Shown piece by piece: positions 22,604 to 32,912 of a stretch of DNA of 64,000 nt. This DNA is from an uncultured Bacillota bacterium (GTDB lineage: Bacteria > Sysuimicrobiota > Sysuimicrobiia > Sysuimicrobiales > Segetimicrobiaceae). The notes below the pieces were generated by a model. That model saw only the letters and a program-made list of their open reading frames with translations. It was not told where the DNA came from and did no database searches. Within the stretch, counting starts at the first letter, position 1, and each line of letters opens with the position of its first letter. The stretch covers positions 160,001 to 224,000 of the forward strand of contig CAWDRG010000009.1 in the NCBI GenBank assembly GCA_963804645.1, in the 5' to 3' direction. The position numbers and the translations under genes were made by a program.

Positions 22604-23170
22604 CTACTTGTTGAGCGGCCCGATCTTTGCGCCGGTCAGCGAGAAGTCATACATCAATCCTTTCGAGCCCACCACGAATCCGGCGATCGGCGCGGTAACC
22701 CGCATCGTGCTGAGGTCGTCTCCCGCACCGACGTGGATCAGGGTCACCGGGCCGTTGGTGCCGACCACCCAGCCCGCCGTGAGCTCGAAACTCCTGAGCG
22801 CCGCGGCATCGCGGAACACGAAAATGACATCCTTCGACAGCACATCCGTCGAGGCTCCCCACTTGGCGGTGAAGCTGTAGTATCCGAAGCTCCGCGCGAC
22901 TCCATTGATCCGCAAGGCGCCCTCTCCGTACTGCTGGCCGTACAGGAATGCCGCCTTGACGACCTCCGGGAACACCACCACGCCCTGTGACTGAGCGATG
23001 AATTTCGCACCGCCCTTGACCTGTTGACCAAACCGCGCCAACGCCGCGTTCACGGCGGTGTCGATCTGCCCGGTCGTCTTCGCTTCAGAGGTACCGGGAA
23101 GCGTGAGGCTGCCGAGTAGCAGCAAACATCCCGCGAGCGCTATGCTGCGGGAAATCCGCCGAGCGCGCAT
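22604..23170 (-). CDS. Secreted Ysc84/SYLF-domain protein (copy B)
   Basis: Near-identical to 18193-18762. Confidence 0.75.
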   Translation of the reverse strand: MRARRISRSIALAGCLLLLGSLTLPGTSEAKTTGQIDTAVNAALARFGQQVKGGAKFIAQSQGVVVFPEVVKAAFLYGQQYGEGALRINGVARSFGYYSFTAKWGASTDVLSKDVIFVFRDAAALRSFELTAGWVVGTNGPVTLIHVGAGDDLSTMRVTAPIAGFVVGSKGLMYDFSLTGAKIGPLNK

Positions 23171-23503
23171 CGTCTTACCCCCCGATCAACCAGAAGTCGG
23201 TCCGAACCGTTTCACGACCGCAGTCGGGGCCGCCGCGCCACCACCTCGGCGCGTGCATCCGACGCGCATCGCCCAAACAAGCATACTCCGCGTCACAACC
23301 AAAAGCCTTGTGGCGGCCTCACGGCCCGATGCTCCGCCACGTTTGCCGCATCTATCTGAGACCTTCCATGCTTGCGTTCGAACGTGGGGTACGCGAATCG
23401 ACTGCTGTCGTGGCCTAACGCGAGGCGCCCAGCCCGATGCCGGTGCCCGTACGTCTCGTGGAATGGGAGGGAGCGGAGACGACCCCGCTCCCTCACCGAT
23501 CGG

Positions 23504-25877
23504 TTATTGTCTCGCCATTGCGATCCGAAGCGCTTCCTCCGGCGACACCAAATGGTCGGCGCTCTCCGCGGCCGCGGCGATCGCGATCTGCACGCCCTTG
23601 ACGCGGCCCGAGAACGCGTTGCCCCGCGGCCCGTAGTCAGGGGACACCGGCGCGCCCGTGTCTTCGCCGACGTCGCAGCCGTCGTCGGCGGAAAACACCA
23701 TCGCCGCCGTGGCCGCGACCTTGGTCTCTCCAACCTTCTTGCCGTCGACGTAGAGCGACACCTGGCCCCCCTTGCCGAGACCGCCGCCCGCATAGGCGAA
23801 CTCCATCCGCACCTGGTGTTCGCCCGCCGGCAGCGGGCCGGCCGCTTCCGCGTAGAAGTACTGCACACCGAGCAGATTGTAGCAGTACTTGAGCTTGTTG
23901 CCCTTCGCGTACAGGCTCCAGCCGCCGATGTTGCCCCCCTGCGCGACGATCACACCCTCGGCGCCAGACGCCGGCACCACGATCTCGGCGGTGATCGAGT
24001 GGGACTTGTTCTTGACGTTGATGACGGAGTTCTCCGACAGCCGCCCCATGCCGCTGAACAGAATCTGGGAGGTGCCCTTGATCAGGATGGGCCGACCGGC
24101 GATCTCCGGACGTGCCCGCTCGAGCCCGCGGTCGTCCAAGGGCAGCACGTTGTACCGCGTCGCCTCGATCAGCCACAGGCGCTGCAGCTCATGCAGTTTC
24201 TCCGGCATCTCCTTCGACAGGTCCCGCGCCTGGCTCCAGTCTTTGCTGGTGTCGTAGAGCTCCCAGACGTCATCGTCGAACGCCGGGTTCTTTCCGCCGA
24301 CGATCACCCACGGCGTGTTGTGCCGCGTCACCGCGGTCCAGCCCTTGTGGTAGATGCCCCGGTTGCCGAACATCTCGAAGTACTGCGTCTCGTGCCGGTC
24401 GGCCGCCTTGGCGTCGTTGAAGGAGTACAGCATGCTGACGCCCTGGATGGGCATCTGCTGCACCCCGTTCACCAAGATGGGCTCGGGGAGCCCGGCCGCC
24501 TCGAGGAGGGTCGGCGCGACGTCGATGACGTGGTGAAACTGGCTGCGGAGCTCGCCTTTGCCCGTGATCCGCTTCGGCCAGTGCACGATGGTCCCGTTGC
24601 GCGTGCCGCCCCAGTGCGATGCCACCTGCTTGGTCCACTGATACGGCGTGTCGAGCGCGTGCGCCCAGCCGACCGCGTAGTGGTTGTAGGACTCCGGTCC
24701 GCCGAGTTTGTCGATCCGCGCCATGAGAAACTCCGGCGTCTCCAAGGCGGCCATGCCGTTGAAGTTGATCATCTCGTTGAACGTGCCGTTCAGCGTTCCT
24801 TCCGCCGACGCCCCGTTGTCCCCGATGATGTAGTACACGAGCGTATCGTCCAGGATGTTGAGCTTTTGCATGCCGTCCAGCAGGCGGCCGACGTGGTAGT
24901 CGACGAATTCCATGTAGCCTGCGTACACCTCCATCTCGCGGCGGAGCACGGGCTTGAGTGCCTCCGGCATGTCATCCCACGCCGGGATCTCCTTATGGCG
25001 TGGGGTCAGCAGCGCATCCTGCGGGATCACGCCCAACTCTTTCTGCCGCTTGAACGTCCGCTCTCGCAGCTTGTCCCACCCATCGTCGAACTTCCCCTTG
25101 TACTTGTCGGCCCACTCCTTCGGTACGTGGTGCGGTGCGTGCGTGGCGCCGGGCGCGAAGTAGACGAAAAACGGCTTGTCGGGCATGAGCGCCTTCTGCT
25201 GCCCGACCCACGCGATCGCTTTATCGGTCATGTCCTCCACGAGGTGGTAGCCCTCTTCCGGCGTCTTCTTGACGTCCACCGCCGTCGTGCCCTCGTAGAT
25301 CGTGGGATACCATTGGTTAGCTTCTCCCCCGATGAAGCCGTAGAAGTACTCGAAGCCGCCGCCGCCGCTGGGCCACGCGTCAAACGGACCGGCCGGACTC
25401 GTCTGCCACACCGGGCACCTCATGGCACTTGCCGAACTGCGCCGTGGCATACCCGTTCAGCTTCAGTGTCCGCGCAATCGGCGACGCGGTGTTGGGCAGG
25501 ACTGAACTGTACCCCGGCGCGCCGGTCGCGACTTCCGTGATGGCGCCCATGCCGACCGAGTGGTGGTTGCGCCCGGTCAAGAGCGCCTGCCGCGTCGGGG
25601 AGCAGAGGGCCGTGGTGTGAAACCGCGTATACTTCAACCCGCCGGCCGCCAGCCGTTCCGCGTTCGGCGTGTTGCACGGGCCGCCGAACGCGCTGGACGA
25701 GCCGAAGCCCGCATCGTCGATCAGCACGATGAGTACGTTGGGCGCGCCCGTCGGCGGACGCAGCTGCGCGATCGGCGGGTACTGGCTGTCGGGATCCTTG
25801 GCGTCGAACGTGATCAGCCCCGTGCGGGGACGGTCGGGGATCGGTAAAACGGTGCGTCCGTGCTCTAGGTCCGGCAT
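23504..25877 (-). CDS. Arylsulfatase, Cys-type (copy B; frameshift near 25413)
   Basis: ORFs 25380-25877 and 23504-25450 joined by an extra base (CCGGG here vs CCGG in copy A). Confidence 0.92.
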
Positions 25878-26088
25878 CTCTGTTGCCTCCTCTGATTCCC
25901 ACTACATTGGGGTTCGCGGGGGTTCGCGAGCGCGTACTGTATAGGTTCGACATCGACCAGCAAACCCATGCCCGTGGCGAGACGCAGAATCGGAGAATGG
26001 CACCGCCACTGCCGCGCAGGGGTGCATCTGGTAGCAGACGCACCCCGTGAATTCACCCGCCTCCCCGACATCGCCCCGCGGGACGTGC

Positions 26089-26397
26089 TCACATCCAGAA
26101 CAACCACGCACGGCGTGTGGGGATCGCGTGTTGGAGTACTTCGCCCACGCTCGCGGCCATGACGCGGTCCCAGGACAAGAGACCAGCAAGGTGCTCGGCA
26201 TCGACGACCGGCACCACCTCTTCAGACTCCATCATCATGGCGGCAGCGGCGTCCTCGAGTGAAGCCGAGGGCTTCACGGCGGAACCAGGAGAGACGAACA
26301 TCCCGCCGACGACTACGTCGTCCAGCCGATGCCATACCTCGTCGATGGATTCCGTCGTGGCCGCCGAGGGCGTGACGCGCAACAGCCCCCTTCTCAT
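26089..26397 (-). CDS. Small CBS-domain protein (possibly truncated)
   Basis: VKPSASLEDAAAAM...VVPVVD...LAGLLSWDRV CBS pattern. Confidence 0.55.
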   Translation of the reverse strand: MRRGLLRVTPSAATTESIDEVWHRLDDVVVGGMFVSPGSAVKPSASLEDAAAAMMMESEEVVPVVDAEHLAGLLSWDRVMAASVGEVLQHAIPTRRAWLFWM

Positions 26398-26528
26398 CCA
26401 CGTGAATCGTACGGCGTTCGGCCAGCGATTTGACGCAAAACCACTACCACTCTACAATGAACGTGGTCCATCTGCCCTGTTCGCGGTCGCGAGACTCACT
26501 GTCGCTATCGAACTTAGTCGTGGAGGGC

Positions 26529-26912
26529 ATGACCATGCGCAACAAACTCTCGATTGCGATCCTCTCGCTGATGCTGCTTTGCACGGCGCAGAGTTGGGCC
26601 GGTACGACGGGCAACGGGACGGCGCAGCAAGCAAAGACGCAATACGCATTCTGCTATGGGGGAAACGTAAAGGTCGTCTATTTCAGCCAGGTCCTCACTC
26701 TGGCTCCCACCGTGAGCGCCCCCAAGCTTGGGGCTGCATACGCACGCTACATTGAGACGACATACGGACTGCCCGGCGTTGATCGGCAGCGGTGCGTCAC
26801 TTCAGACTCGAGCGCTGGCGCAGCGGCTGAGAAGCAGCGCTATAAGGGGATGTTTGGCACGACAAGAATCATCGAGATTGAATGGGCAGGCGACTCTGCG
26901 GGCGCCCATTAG
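26529..26912 (+). CDS. Hypothetical secreted protein
   Basis: GGAGG RBS, signal peptide MRNKLSIAILSLMLLCTAQSWA. Confidence 0.65.
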   Translation: MTMRNKLSIAILSLMLLCTAQSWAGTTGNGTAQQAKTQYAFCYGGNVKVVYFSQVLTLAPTVSAPKLGAAYARYIETTYGLPGVDRQRCVTSDSSAGAAAEKQRYKGMFGTTRIIEIEWAGDSAGAH

Positions 26913-27100
26913 TCCTACAGCCGCACTTCATTCTTGACCTTTCTTGAGCCGCGCCACGCGGCGTCGGTGATGACACGGTTGCGCGCGCCCTTGATGAACG
27001 ACGCCGCCACGTCGACCACCGCACGGTATGCGTGAGCTCCGGGACGGCGCTCCAGACGACGCGGCACAGGAGGCGCCGCACTTCCGGGACCGTCAATGGA
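26913..27100 (-). mobile_element. IS701-like transposase C-terminal remnant
   Basis: PLTVPEVRRLL...WSTWRRR..ARA and terminal EVRL* typical of IS701-family ends. Confidence 0.65.
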
Positions 27101-27227
27101 AAGCGATGCAAGCGCCTCCACGAGTATTCTGGTCAGAAGCCGAGCGCGGTACCAGCCAAGCTCGGATACCCTTTCAAACCGACCCGGGATGGGAGAGGAG
27201 CAAACAGTGGCTCAGCAACATCAGGTA

Positions 27228-28270
27228 ATGGTGGTACCGAAGAATAATGCGCCGGCTAATGCGCCGGCAGCCATGGTGCAGTTACAGCGCGACGGCAGTT
27301 TCCACTATGTCCTCGCGTGGAGCGACGCAAGCTGGAATATGTGGTCTACCTGGTGCCCTGCGGTTCAAGGTCAAACCAGTTATGCTTGGACCAAACCCAT
27401 CCAGATCCCTGGGGGAACGTCGGCAGGGCCAGCCTTGGCGGGCGGCGGGCAACGGGGTTGGGCGGCTTGGAAGGGTCAGGGGAGCGATGAGCGGATCTTT
27501 TTGTCCTCGCTCCAAGGCACTGGTGGTACGCAGGCGTGGGTTGCTCCAGGCGCCCAGATTCTCGGGATCGGCACCAGTGCCGCTCCGGCCCTCGCGGCGA
27601 TTATTGGTGGGCCTCTGATCCTCGCGTGGAAGGGCATACCCGGTGACAATACAATTTACTGGTCGCAGTCTAACGCTAACCCAGATTCGCCCTCCACGGC
27701 GTGGGGCAACCAACCGGCAACGCAGCAGCAGGTGCAGCCAAACGCGTTGAGCACCGATACGCCAGCGCTGGCAGTATGCTATCCCGACCCGGCCGCCTCC
27801 GCGGGGGTATTGCCAGCGTATGTCTTGTGTGCATGGAAAGGACAGAAAACCCCGCACGATAAAATTTTTGCGGCCGTGTACAACTTGAGCATGAACCACA
27901 CACCGACATGGACGAACCTTCCGATTCCCCAGCAGTTTCAAACTGATGTCGGACCAGCGTGGGATTCGACTATCTGGGCAATATTCATCTGGCATGGAAG
28001 GGCGGGGGGGGACCATCTGACTACTCCATTTGGACGTCGTCATTGCAGGCCCAATATTGGCAGGGGTTGAAAAGTTCGCCAAACGTCACGAATGACTGGA
28101 CTACACCCGACGCGCCCTTACCCGTGATCGCGACAGCCGCGCGGCCGGCGTTGACTGACCTGTCGGGGGCCGGTGGTACCCAGCCCGATCAATTGGTGGC
28201 TTGGCAGGGGCACAAGAGCCCCTTCGAGTTGTGGGTCGGACCGTTCGAGGGCCTGATATTTGGTGTCTGA
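27228..28270 (+). CDS. Hypothetical Trp-rich repeat (lectin-like beta-propeller) protein; frameshift near 27960
   Basis: About five repeats of (T/S)xxxPAL...AWKG..D..I(F/Y/W); ORFs 27096-28070 and 27959-28270. Confidence 0.6.
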
Positions 28271-28716
28271 AGGGCAGATCGGGACGGGAAAGTGCAGAAA
28301 CGACCCGCCCAGACCCCCGCGCATTCGCAGGGCATTTGCAGAGATGCGCACGAGCGGGTTCGTCCCTTGCGTTGGTCCGAGACAGGCTCGACGACCATGG
28401 TAACAGGCCGGAACAGGTGAGCAGGTGATGACGACACGTAGCGAGCCCGCCGCTGAGGCCACAGAAGATCCCATGATGGTCTTCGGGGAGCGTAGGCGCG
28501 GGTGGTTCTTGTCGCTCCTGCCCAAAGGGTTCACGGTGGAAGCGGCGGCGCGCCGGGCAGGGGTCAGTAAGAACCTGCTTCGTCTGACGCCGGCGTGACG
28601 CCGAGTTTCGGGACTCCTGGCGCTATGCAGTCATGGACGCGAAGCTCGGAGCGTACAGGCATTTGCAGAACGATGGGTCGCGCGATGCGTAACCGCGCGG
28701 AAACCATTGACAAATA

Positions 28717-28761
28717 TGGTGGAGACGGCGGGACTTGAACCCGCGACCCCCTGCTTGCAAA
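28717..28761 (-). repeat. tRNA-Ala(TGC) 3' half (att-like site)
   Basis: Reverse complement TTTGCAAGCAGGGGGTCGCGGGTTCAAGTCCCGCCGTCTCCACCA runs from anticodon loop to CCA; no 5' half. Confidence 0.9.
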
Positions 28762-28977
28762 CAAGATCCGCGTAGTGGTGCCCCGTGCACCTCCGTGTAC
28801 GTAGGTCTTGTCCTGTAAGCGCTTCCGCGTAGCGCATTATCGGCTTGTGCTGGCCTGTGCAGCTGAGTTTGGCTCCGTAGATTAGCAAAGGATTAGTAGA
28901 ACGTGAGGCACTCTGGCCGCGCGAGCCCTTCATGTCCGCCATGCCACACGGGCATGCCGGCGCCACGCCAGGCCGAA

Positions 28978-29290
28978 CCCGAGGAGGACATGGCGTTCTA
29001 AGGGATCTTCGGCATCGCGCTCGTCGCCGGAGCGGTCCTGGTTGCGCTCGCCTCCAATCTGGTCACCTTGAGTGTCGGCATCGAGGTCATGAACGCCCTG
29101 CTGTTGCCCCTGGTGCTTGGATTTCTGGTGACGCTAGCCTTCGGGGCGCTGCCGGCGCAACACTGTTTTCGCGACCCATCCCGTTGGGTTGTCGTCGGCG
29201 TCGCCCCACTCACGGCGGGGCTGAGCGTGCACTTCGGGTTGACCGGAGTGCGAGGGTTTGGAGGGTACCGCACCGATCCAACAGCGCCCA
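28978..29290 (+). pseudogene. Nramp/MntH-like transporter C-terminal fragment
   Basis: F*GIFGIALVAGAVLV..LVTLSVGIEVMNALLLPLVLGFL with an in-frame stop; no 5' part. Confidence 0.55.
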
Positions 29291-29306
29291 TACGAGCCGG
29301 GTCAAG

Positions 29307-30395
29307 TCATGCTGCCATCTCATACCAGACGCGAGTGCGGTTGACGATCCAGACCACCATGAGCATAACCGGGACTTCCACTAGTACCCCCACGACCGTC
29401 GCCAGGGCGGCGCCCGAATTGAAACCGAAGAGGCTGATGGCGGTCGCCACCGCCAGTTCAAAGAAGTTGCTGGCACCGATCAAGGCGGACGGTCCGGCCA
29501 CACAATGGGGCACGCGGAGGCGGCGGTTCAGGAGATACGCGAGACCCGAGTTGAAGAAGACCTGGATGACGATCGGGACGGCCAGCATGACGATCACCAA
29601 GGGCTGGTGCAAGATCCGGCCCCCCTGGAAGGCGAACAGCAGGATCAGGGTCGCCAGCAGTGCGACCAAAGACACGGGATTCAGGCGGGCAAGCGTGCGC
29701 TCGAGGACGCCCGGGCCAGCGCCGAGCATGGCACGGCGCCAGAGTTGGGCGAGGATCACCGGGACGACGATGTAGAGCAGCACGGAGAGGAGGAGCGTAT
29801 CCCAAGGGACGGTGATGGCCGAGAGGCCCAGCAGCAGCCCCACGATGGGGGCAAAGGCGACGATCATGATGGCGTCGTTGAGGGCGACCTGGCTCAGGGT
29901 GAAGTGCGGCTCGCCACGGGCGAGATGACTCCACACGAACACCATGGCGGTGCAGGGCGCCGCGGCCAGCAGAATCAAGCCGGCGATGTAGCTGTTGGCT
30001 TGATCCGGCGCCAGCCAGGGCGCGAAGACGTGCCGGACGAAGATCCACCCGAGCAACGCCATCGAGAACGGCTTGACGCCCCAGTTCACGAACAGCGTGA
30101 CGATGATGCCGCGCCATTGAGCGCGCACCTGCGCGAGCGCGCCAAAGTCGATCTTGAGCAACATGGGAATGATCATGGCCCAGATGAGCGCTGCCACCGG
30201 CAGATTGACCTGGGCGATGGCGAGGCGGCCCACGGTTTGCACGGGCCCGGCCAGGAACTCGCCCGTCAGGATCCCGGCGGCCATGCAGGCGAAGACCCAC
30301 AGGGTGAGGTACCGTTCGAAGACGCTCATGCCCATCACGGGGGCGGGGAACCCCACCGCGCCGTCGAGCTCCAGGGGCGAGGACCTCGTCGTCAC
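29307..30395 (-). CDS. acr3: Acr3 arsenite efflux transporter
   Basis: FERYLTLWV, NWGVKPFSM, AAPCTAMVFVW, ASNFFELAVA, VGVLVEVPVML. Confidence 0.96.
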   Translation of the reverse strand: MTTRSSPLELDGAVGFPAPVMGMSVFERYLTLWVFACMAAGILTGEFLAGPVQTVGRLAIAQVNLPVAALIWAMIIPMLLKIDFGALAQVRAQWRGIIVTLFVNWGVKPFSMALLGWIFVRHVFAPWLAPDQANSYIAGLILLAAAPCTAMVFVWSHLARGEPHFTLSQVALNDAIMIVAFAPIVGLLLGLSAITVPWDTLLLSVLLYIVVPVILAQLWRRAMLGAGPGVLERTLARLNPVSLVALLATLILLFAFQGGRILHQPLVIVMLAVPIVIQVFFNSGLAYLLNRRLRVPHCVAGPSALIGASNFFELAVATAISLFGFNSGAALATVVGVLVEVPVMLMVVWIVNRTRVWYEMAA

Positions 30396-30880
30396 GCCCG
30401 CGATGGCTTTGCGTTCCGCTCGATGATTGGCAGGAGAAGGCGGATTCTGGTCGCCAGTTCAGTGGCGACTTTTCGAAAGGCACGATAGCGATCGTCCTCG
30501 GACCCGGAGACGGCCGCGGGGTCGTCAAAGCTCCAATGGATCCGTTCGGGATCACCGGGGAACACGGGACAGGTCTCCCGGGCGCGATCGCAGACGGTGA
30601 TCACGTAGTCGAAGTGTTGGCCGACAAACTCGTCGAGATGCTTCGAGCGCTGCCCGCTGATGTCGGTGTCCAAGAGACGACGGACGACGTCCACCGCGAG
30701 CGGGTGAATGTGCGACGGCTCGGTGCCCGCGCTATCGACGTCCACGGTGCTGCGACTCAGGTGGCGCAGGATCCCTTTGGCCATTTGCGATCGTGCCGCA
30801 TTGTGCGTGCAGAGAAAGAGCACGCGTGGCTTCGGTGCTGTCATGTCACCGCCTCCGTGGAGTCCGTGCTCCAGCGTCAC
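30392..30880 (-). CDS. arsC: Arsenate reductase, LMW-PTP/thioredoxin type (start may be 30845)
   Basis: LFLCTHNAARSQMA, ITVCD..ETCPVFPG, HWSFDDP. Confidence 0.92.
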   Translation of the reverse strand: MTLEHGLHGGGDMTAPKPRVLFLCTHNAARSQMAKGILRHLSRSTVDVDSAGTEPSHIHPLAVDVVRRLLDTDISGQRSKHLDEFVGQHFDYVITVCDRARETCPVFPGDPERIHWSFDDPAAVSGSEDDRYRAFRKVATELATRIRLLLPIIERNAKPSRA

Positions 30881-31689
30881 ACCGCTGCGGGCTTCCGAGC
30901 GCGCACGAACGCGCTCATGAATCTCTCGCGGACCAGTGGCGCGATGGTGTCTACATCCAGCCCATGGCCGGCCAGGAACGCACGGGCGTCATCGATGGTG
31001 TAGATGCGCGTCGGCTCGATGCTCACCGCTTCGAATCCGGCCTGCGTGAGCTTGGCCACATAGTCGGTCTCGTCCAACGCGCCGGCGACGCAGCCGACCC
31101 AGAGCTCCATGCTCCGACGGATCTCGACGGGCACGGGCCCCCGGACGACGACGTCCGACACTGCGAGCCGCCCGCCTGGCTTGAGCACCCGGAACGCCTC
31201 AGCGAAGACCCGCTCTTTCTCGGCGGAGAGGTTGATCACACAATTGGAGATGACGACGTCCACGGAGTGGTCGGGTAGCGGGATGTGCTCGATCTCACCC
31301 TTGAGAAACTCGACGTTCTCCACGCGGGCCTTGCGCTGGTTCTCCCGAGCCAACGCCAGCATCTCGTCCGTCATGTCGAGGCCGTACGCTTTTCCGGTCG
31401 GGCCCACGCGCGCGGCGGAGAGCAAGACATCGATCCCACCACCAGAGCCGAGGTCGAGGACGACCTCTCCCGCCGCCAGCTGCGCCAAGGCCGTGGGATT
31501 GCCGCATCCAAGCGAGGCCTGCACGGCTTCGGCAGGAAGGCGCGCAGTTTCGGCACGGTCATAGAGATTCGACGTGATGGGATCCGACGCGCTCCCGCAG
31601 CATGCGCTGCTGCAACATCCCGCGCCGTCTGTTCCCACTCGGCGGGCCGCGTCCGCGTATTTCTCGCGAACAACGTCTTTAAGATCCAT
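30877..31689 (-). CDS. arsM: Arsenite S-adenosylmethyltransferase
   Basis: Cys-rich N-terminus, SLGCGNP, LDLGSGGGID, ISNCVINL, WVGCVAGAL. Confidence 0.93.
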   Translation of the reverse strand: MDLKDVVREKYADAARRVGTDGAGCCSSACCGSASDPITSNLYDRAETARLPAEAVQASLGCGNPTALAQLAAGEVVLDLGSGGGIDVLLSAARVGPTGKAYGLDMTDEMLALARENQRKARVENVEFLKGEIEHIPLPDHSVDVVISNCVINLSAEKERVFAEAFRVLKPGGRLAVSDVVVRGPVPVEIRRSMELWVGCVAGALDETDYVAKLTQAGFEAVSIEPTRIYTIDDARAFLAGHGLDVDTIAPLVRERFMSAFVRARKPAAV

Positions 31690-31694
31690 ACTCG

Positions 31695-32091
31695 TCACCT
31701 CCGCGCGGATTCCCGCTCTTTCCGAAATTGCTTGCCGATCCACACGATCTCTTGGGGCTTCACGGCACGGTTCAGGGTGCAGCATTCTGCATACAGAAAC
31801 CCCAGGAGGTCTCGGAGTGTGTCCGTGTTCGCCGCGTACCGTAGATATGTGCCCTCGCGGGTCACCGTGACCAGCGCCTCCTGTCGGAGTTTGTCGAGGT
31901 GGTGCGAAAGCGTCGAGTTCGGGATGTCGAGCGCCGGCCTGAATGTCGCCGACGACCATGCCGTCGGGATGGGCGGCCAGCAACAAGCGGAGGATCCGGA
32001 GCCGGGGTTCGGTCCCCAGCGCCGCAAACATCTCGGCGTACCGAAGGACGTCCTCCGTTTCTGGAGCGGACCGCGCCTCGCCGCCAGTCAT
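31695..32091 (-). CDS. arsR: ArsR-family repressor (frameshift near 31935)
   Basis: FAALGTEPRLRILRLL then IPNSTLSHHL..L, FLYAECC in the next frame. Confidence 0.88.
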
Positions 32092-32124
32092 GATTCTCCC
32101 CCGTCGATGTCGTGAGGTCTTTAG

Positions 32125-32156
32125 TTCGATAATTCGAGGATATCGGAAATATCGAA
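32125..32156. promoter_or_regulatory. Probable ArsR operator (imperfect inverted repeat)
   Basis: TTCGATAaTTC...GAAaTATCGAA, ~35 bp upstream of the arsR start. Confidence 0.65.
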
Positions 32157-32169
32157 GATTGTCAAGGCC

Positions 32170-32672
32170 GAACTGAGAGCTGCTCCGTGAAGGTCGTGCC
32201 TTGCAGAAAGAAAGAGTCGAAGGGGGGCTGCTCCTCCTCGTCACCAATGCCGCCCCCTGGTTTCCGGACCGCATCATTCGCACTTACAATCACCGCTGGA
32301 CGATTGAGACGTTTTATCGAAACGGGAAGCAGAACCTGGGGCTATAGACGTATATGCTGCGGAGCGCCGAGGGCGCGAAGCGACACCTCTGCCTGGCCTT
32401 GGTAAGCATTCACCCTCTTTCAACTGGGCGCTCAGCATCCGCGCCTCGGACGTCTGATTCGCGACCACGTCGCGAGCGTTGGGGAGATGTGCCAGCGGAC
32501 AATCACGGAGACGACACGCATGTTCCTGGTTTGGCCATGAAGTGGGCGACCGGCGGATGCGATGTCGACACGGCCGTATCCCTTGCCTTCATGTCTCGGC
32601 GTCAACCCCAGCCCGTCCTCACGTTCCTATGAACGCTTGGTCGTCGTAATTTCGCAACTTGCGCAAGTCCGG
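32170..32672 (+). mobile_element. DDE transposase remnant (IS701/IS4-like)
   Basis: LLLVTN...IIRTYNHRWTIETFYRNGKQNLGL* with stop and frameshifts. Confidence 0.65.
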
Positions 32673-32801
32673 TTGTGACTGCAAAACACGTGATTGCCGA
32701 GATCGCAAAGATGACAGTTGATCGCAAAGTGTCCTTTCGGGTGCGTGCTCAGTGAAACGAGAGGATCACGCGGAGATTTTTGTGCTGCAAGGGTTTACGT
32801 G

Positions 32802-32876
32802 TGGTGGAGACGACGGGATTCGAACCCGTGACCCCCTGCTTGCAAAGCAGGTGCTCTCCCGCTGAGCTACGTCCCC
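32802..32876 (-). tRNA. tRNA-Ala(TGC)
   Basis: GGGGACGTAGCTCAG...CCTGC-TTTGCAA-GCAGG...GGTTCGAATCC...CTCCACCA; G3:U70. Confidence 0.97.
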
Positions 32877-32912
32877 ACGCGAGTCAAGTATATCCGCCGC
32901 CTCTCCCGGCTG

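Larger units (their letters stand above)
21698..26107. repeat. Tandem duplication copy B (~4.4 kb)
   Basis: Near-identical to 17286-21697. Confidence 0.95.

Noticed and set aside
23372..25540. Long antisense ORFs (e.g. 722 aa here, 731 aa at 32943, 561 aa at 4546)
   Set aside because: Shadow frames of real high-GC genes, without motifs.
30877..32283. ArsR-ArsM fusion (468-aa ORF)
   Set aside because: Produced by the arsR frameshift; arsM has its own GGAGG RBS and ATG at 31689.
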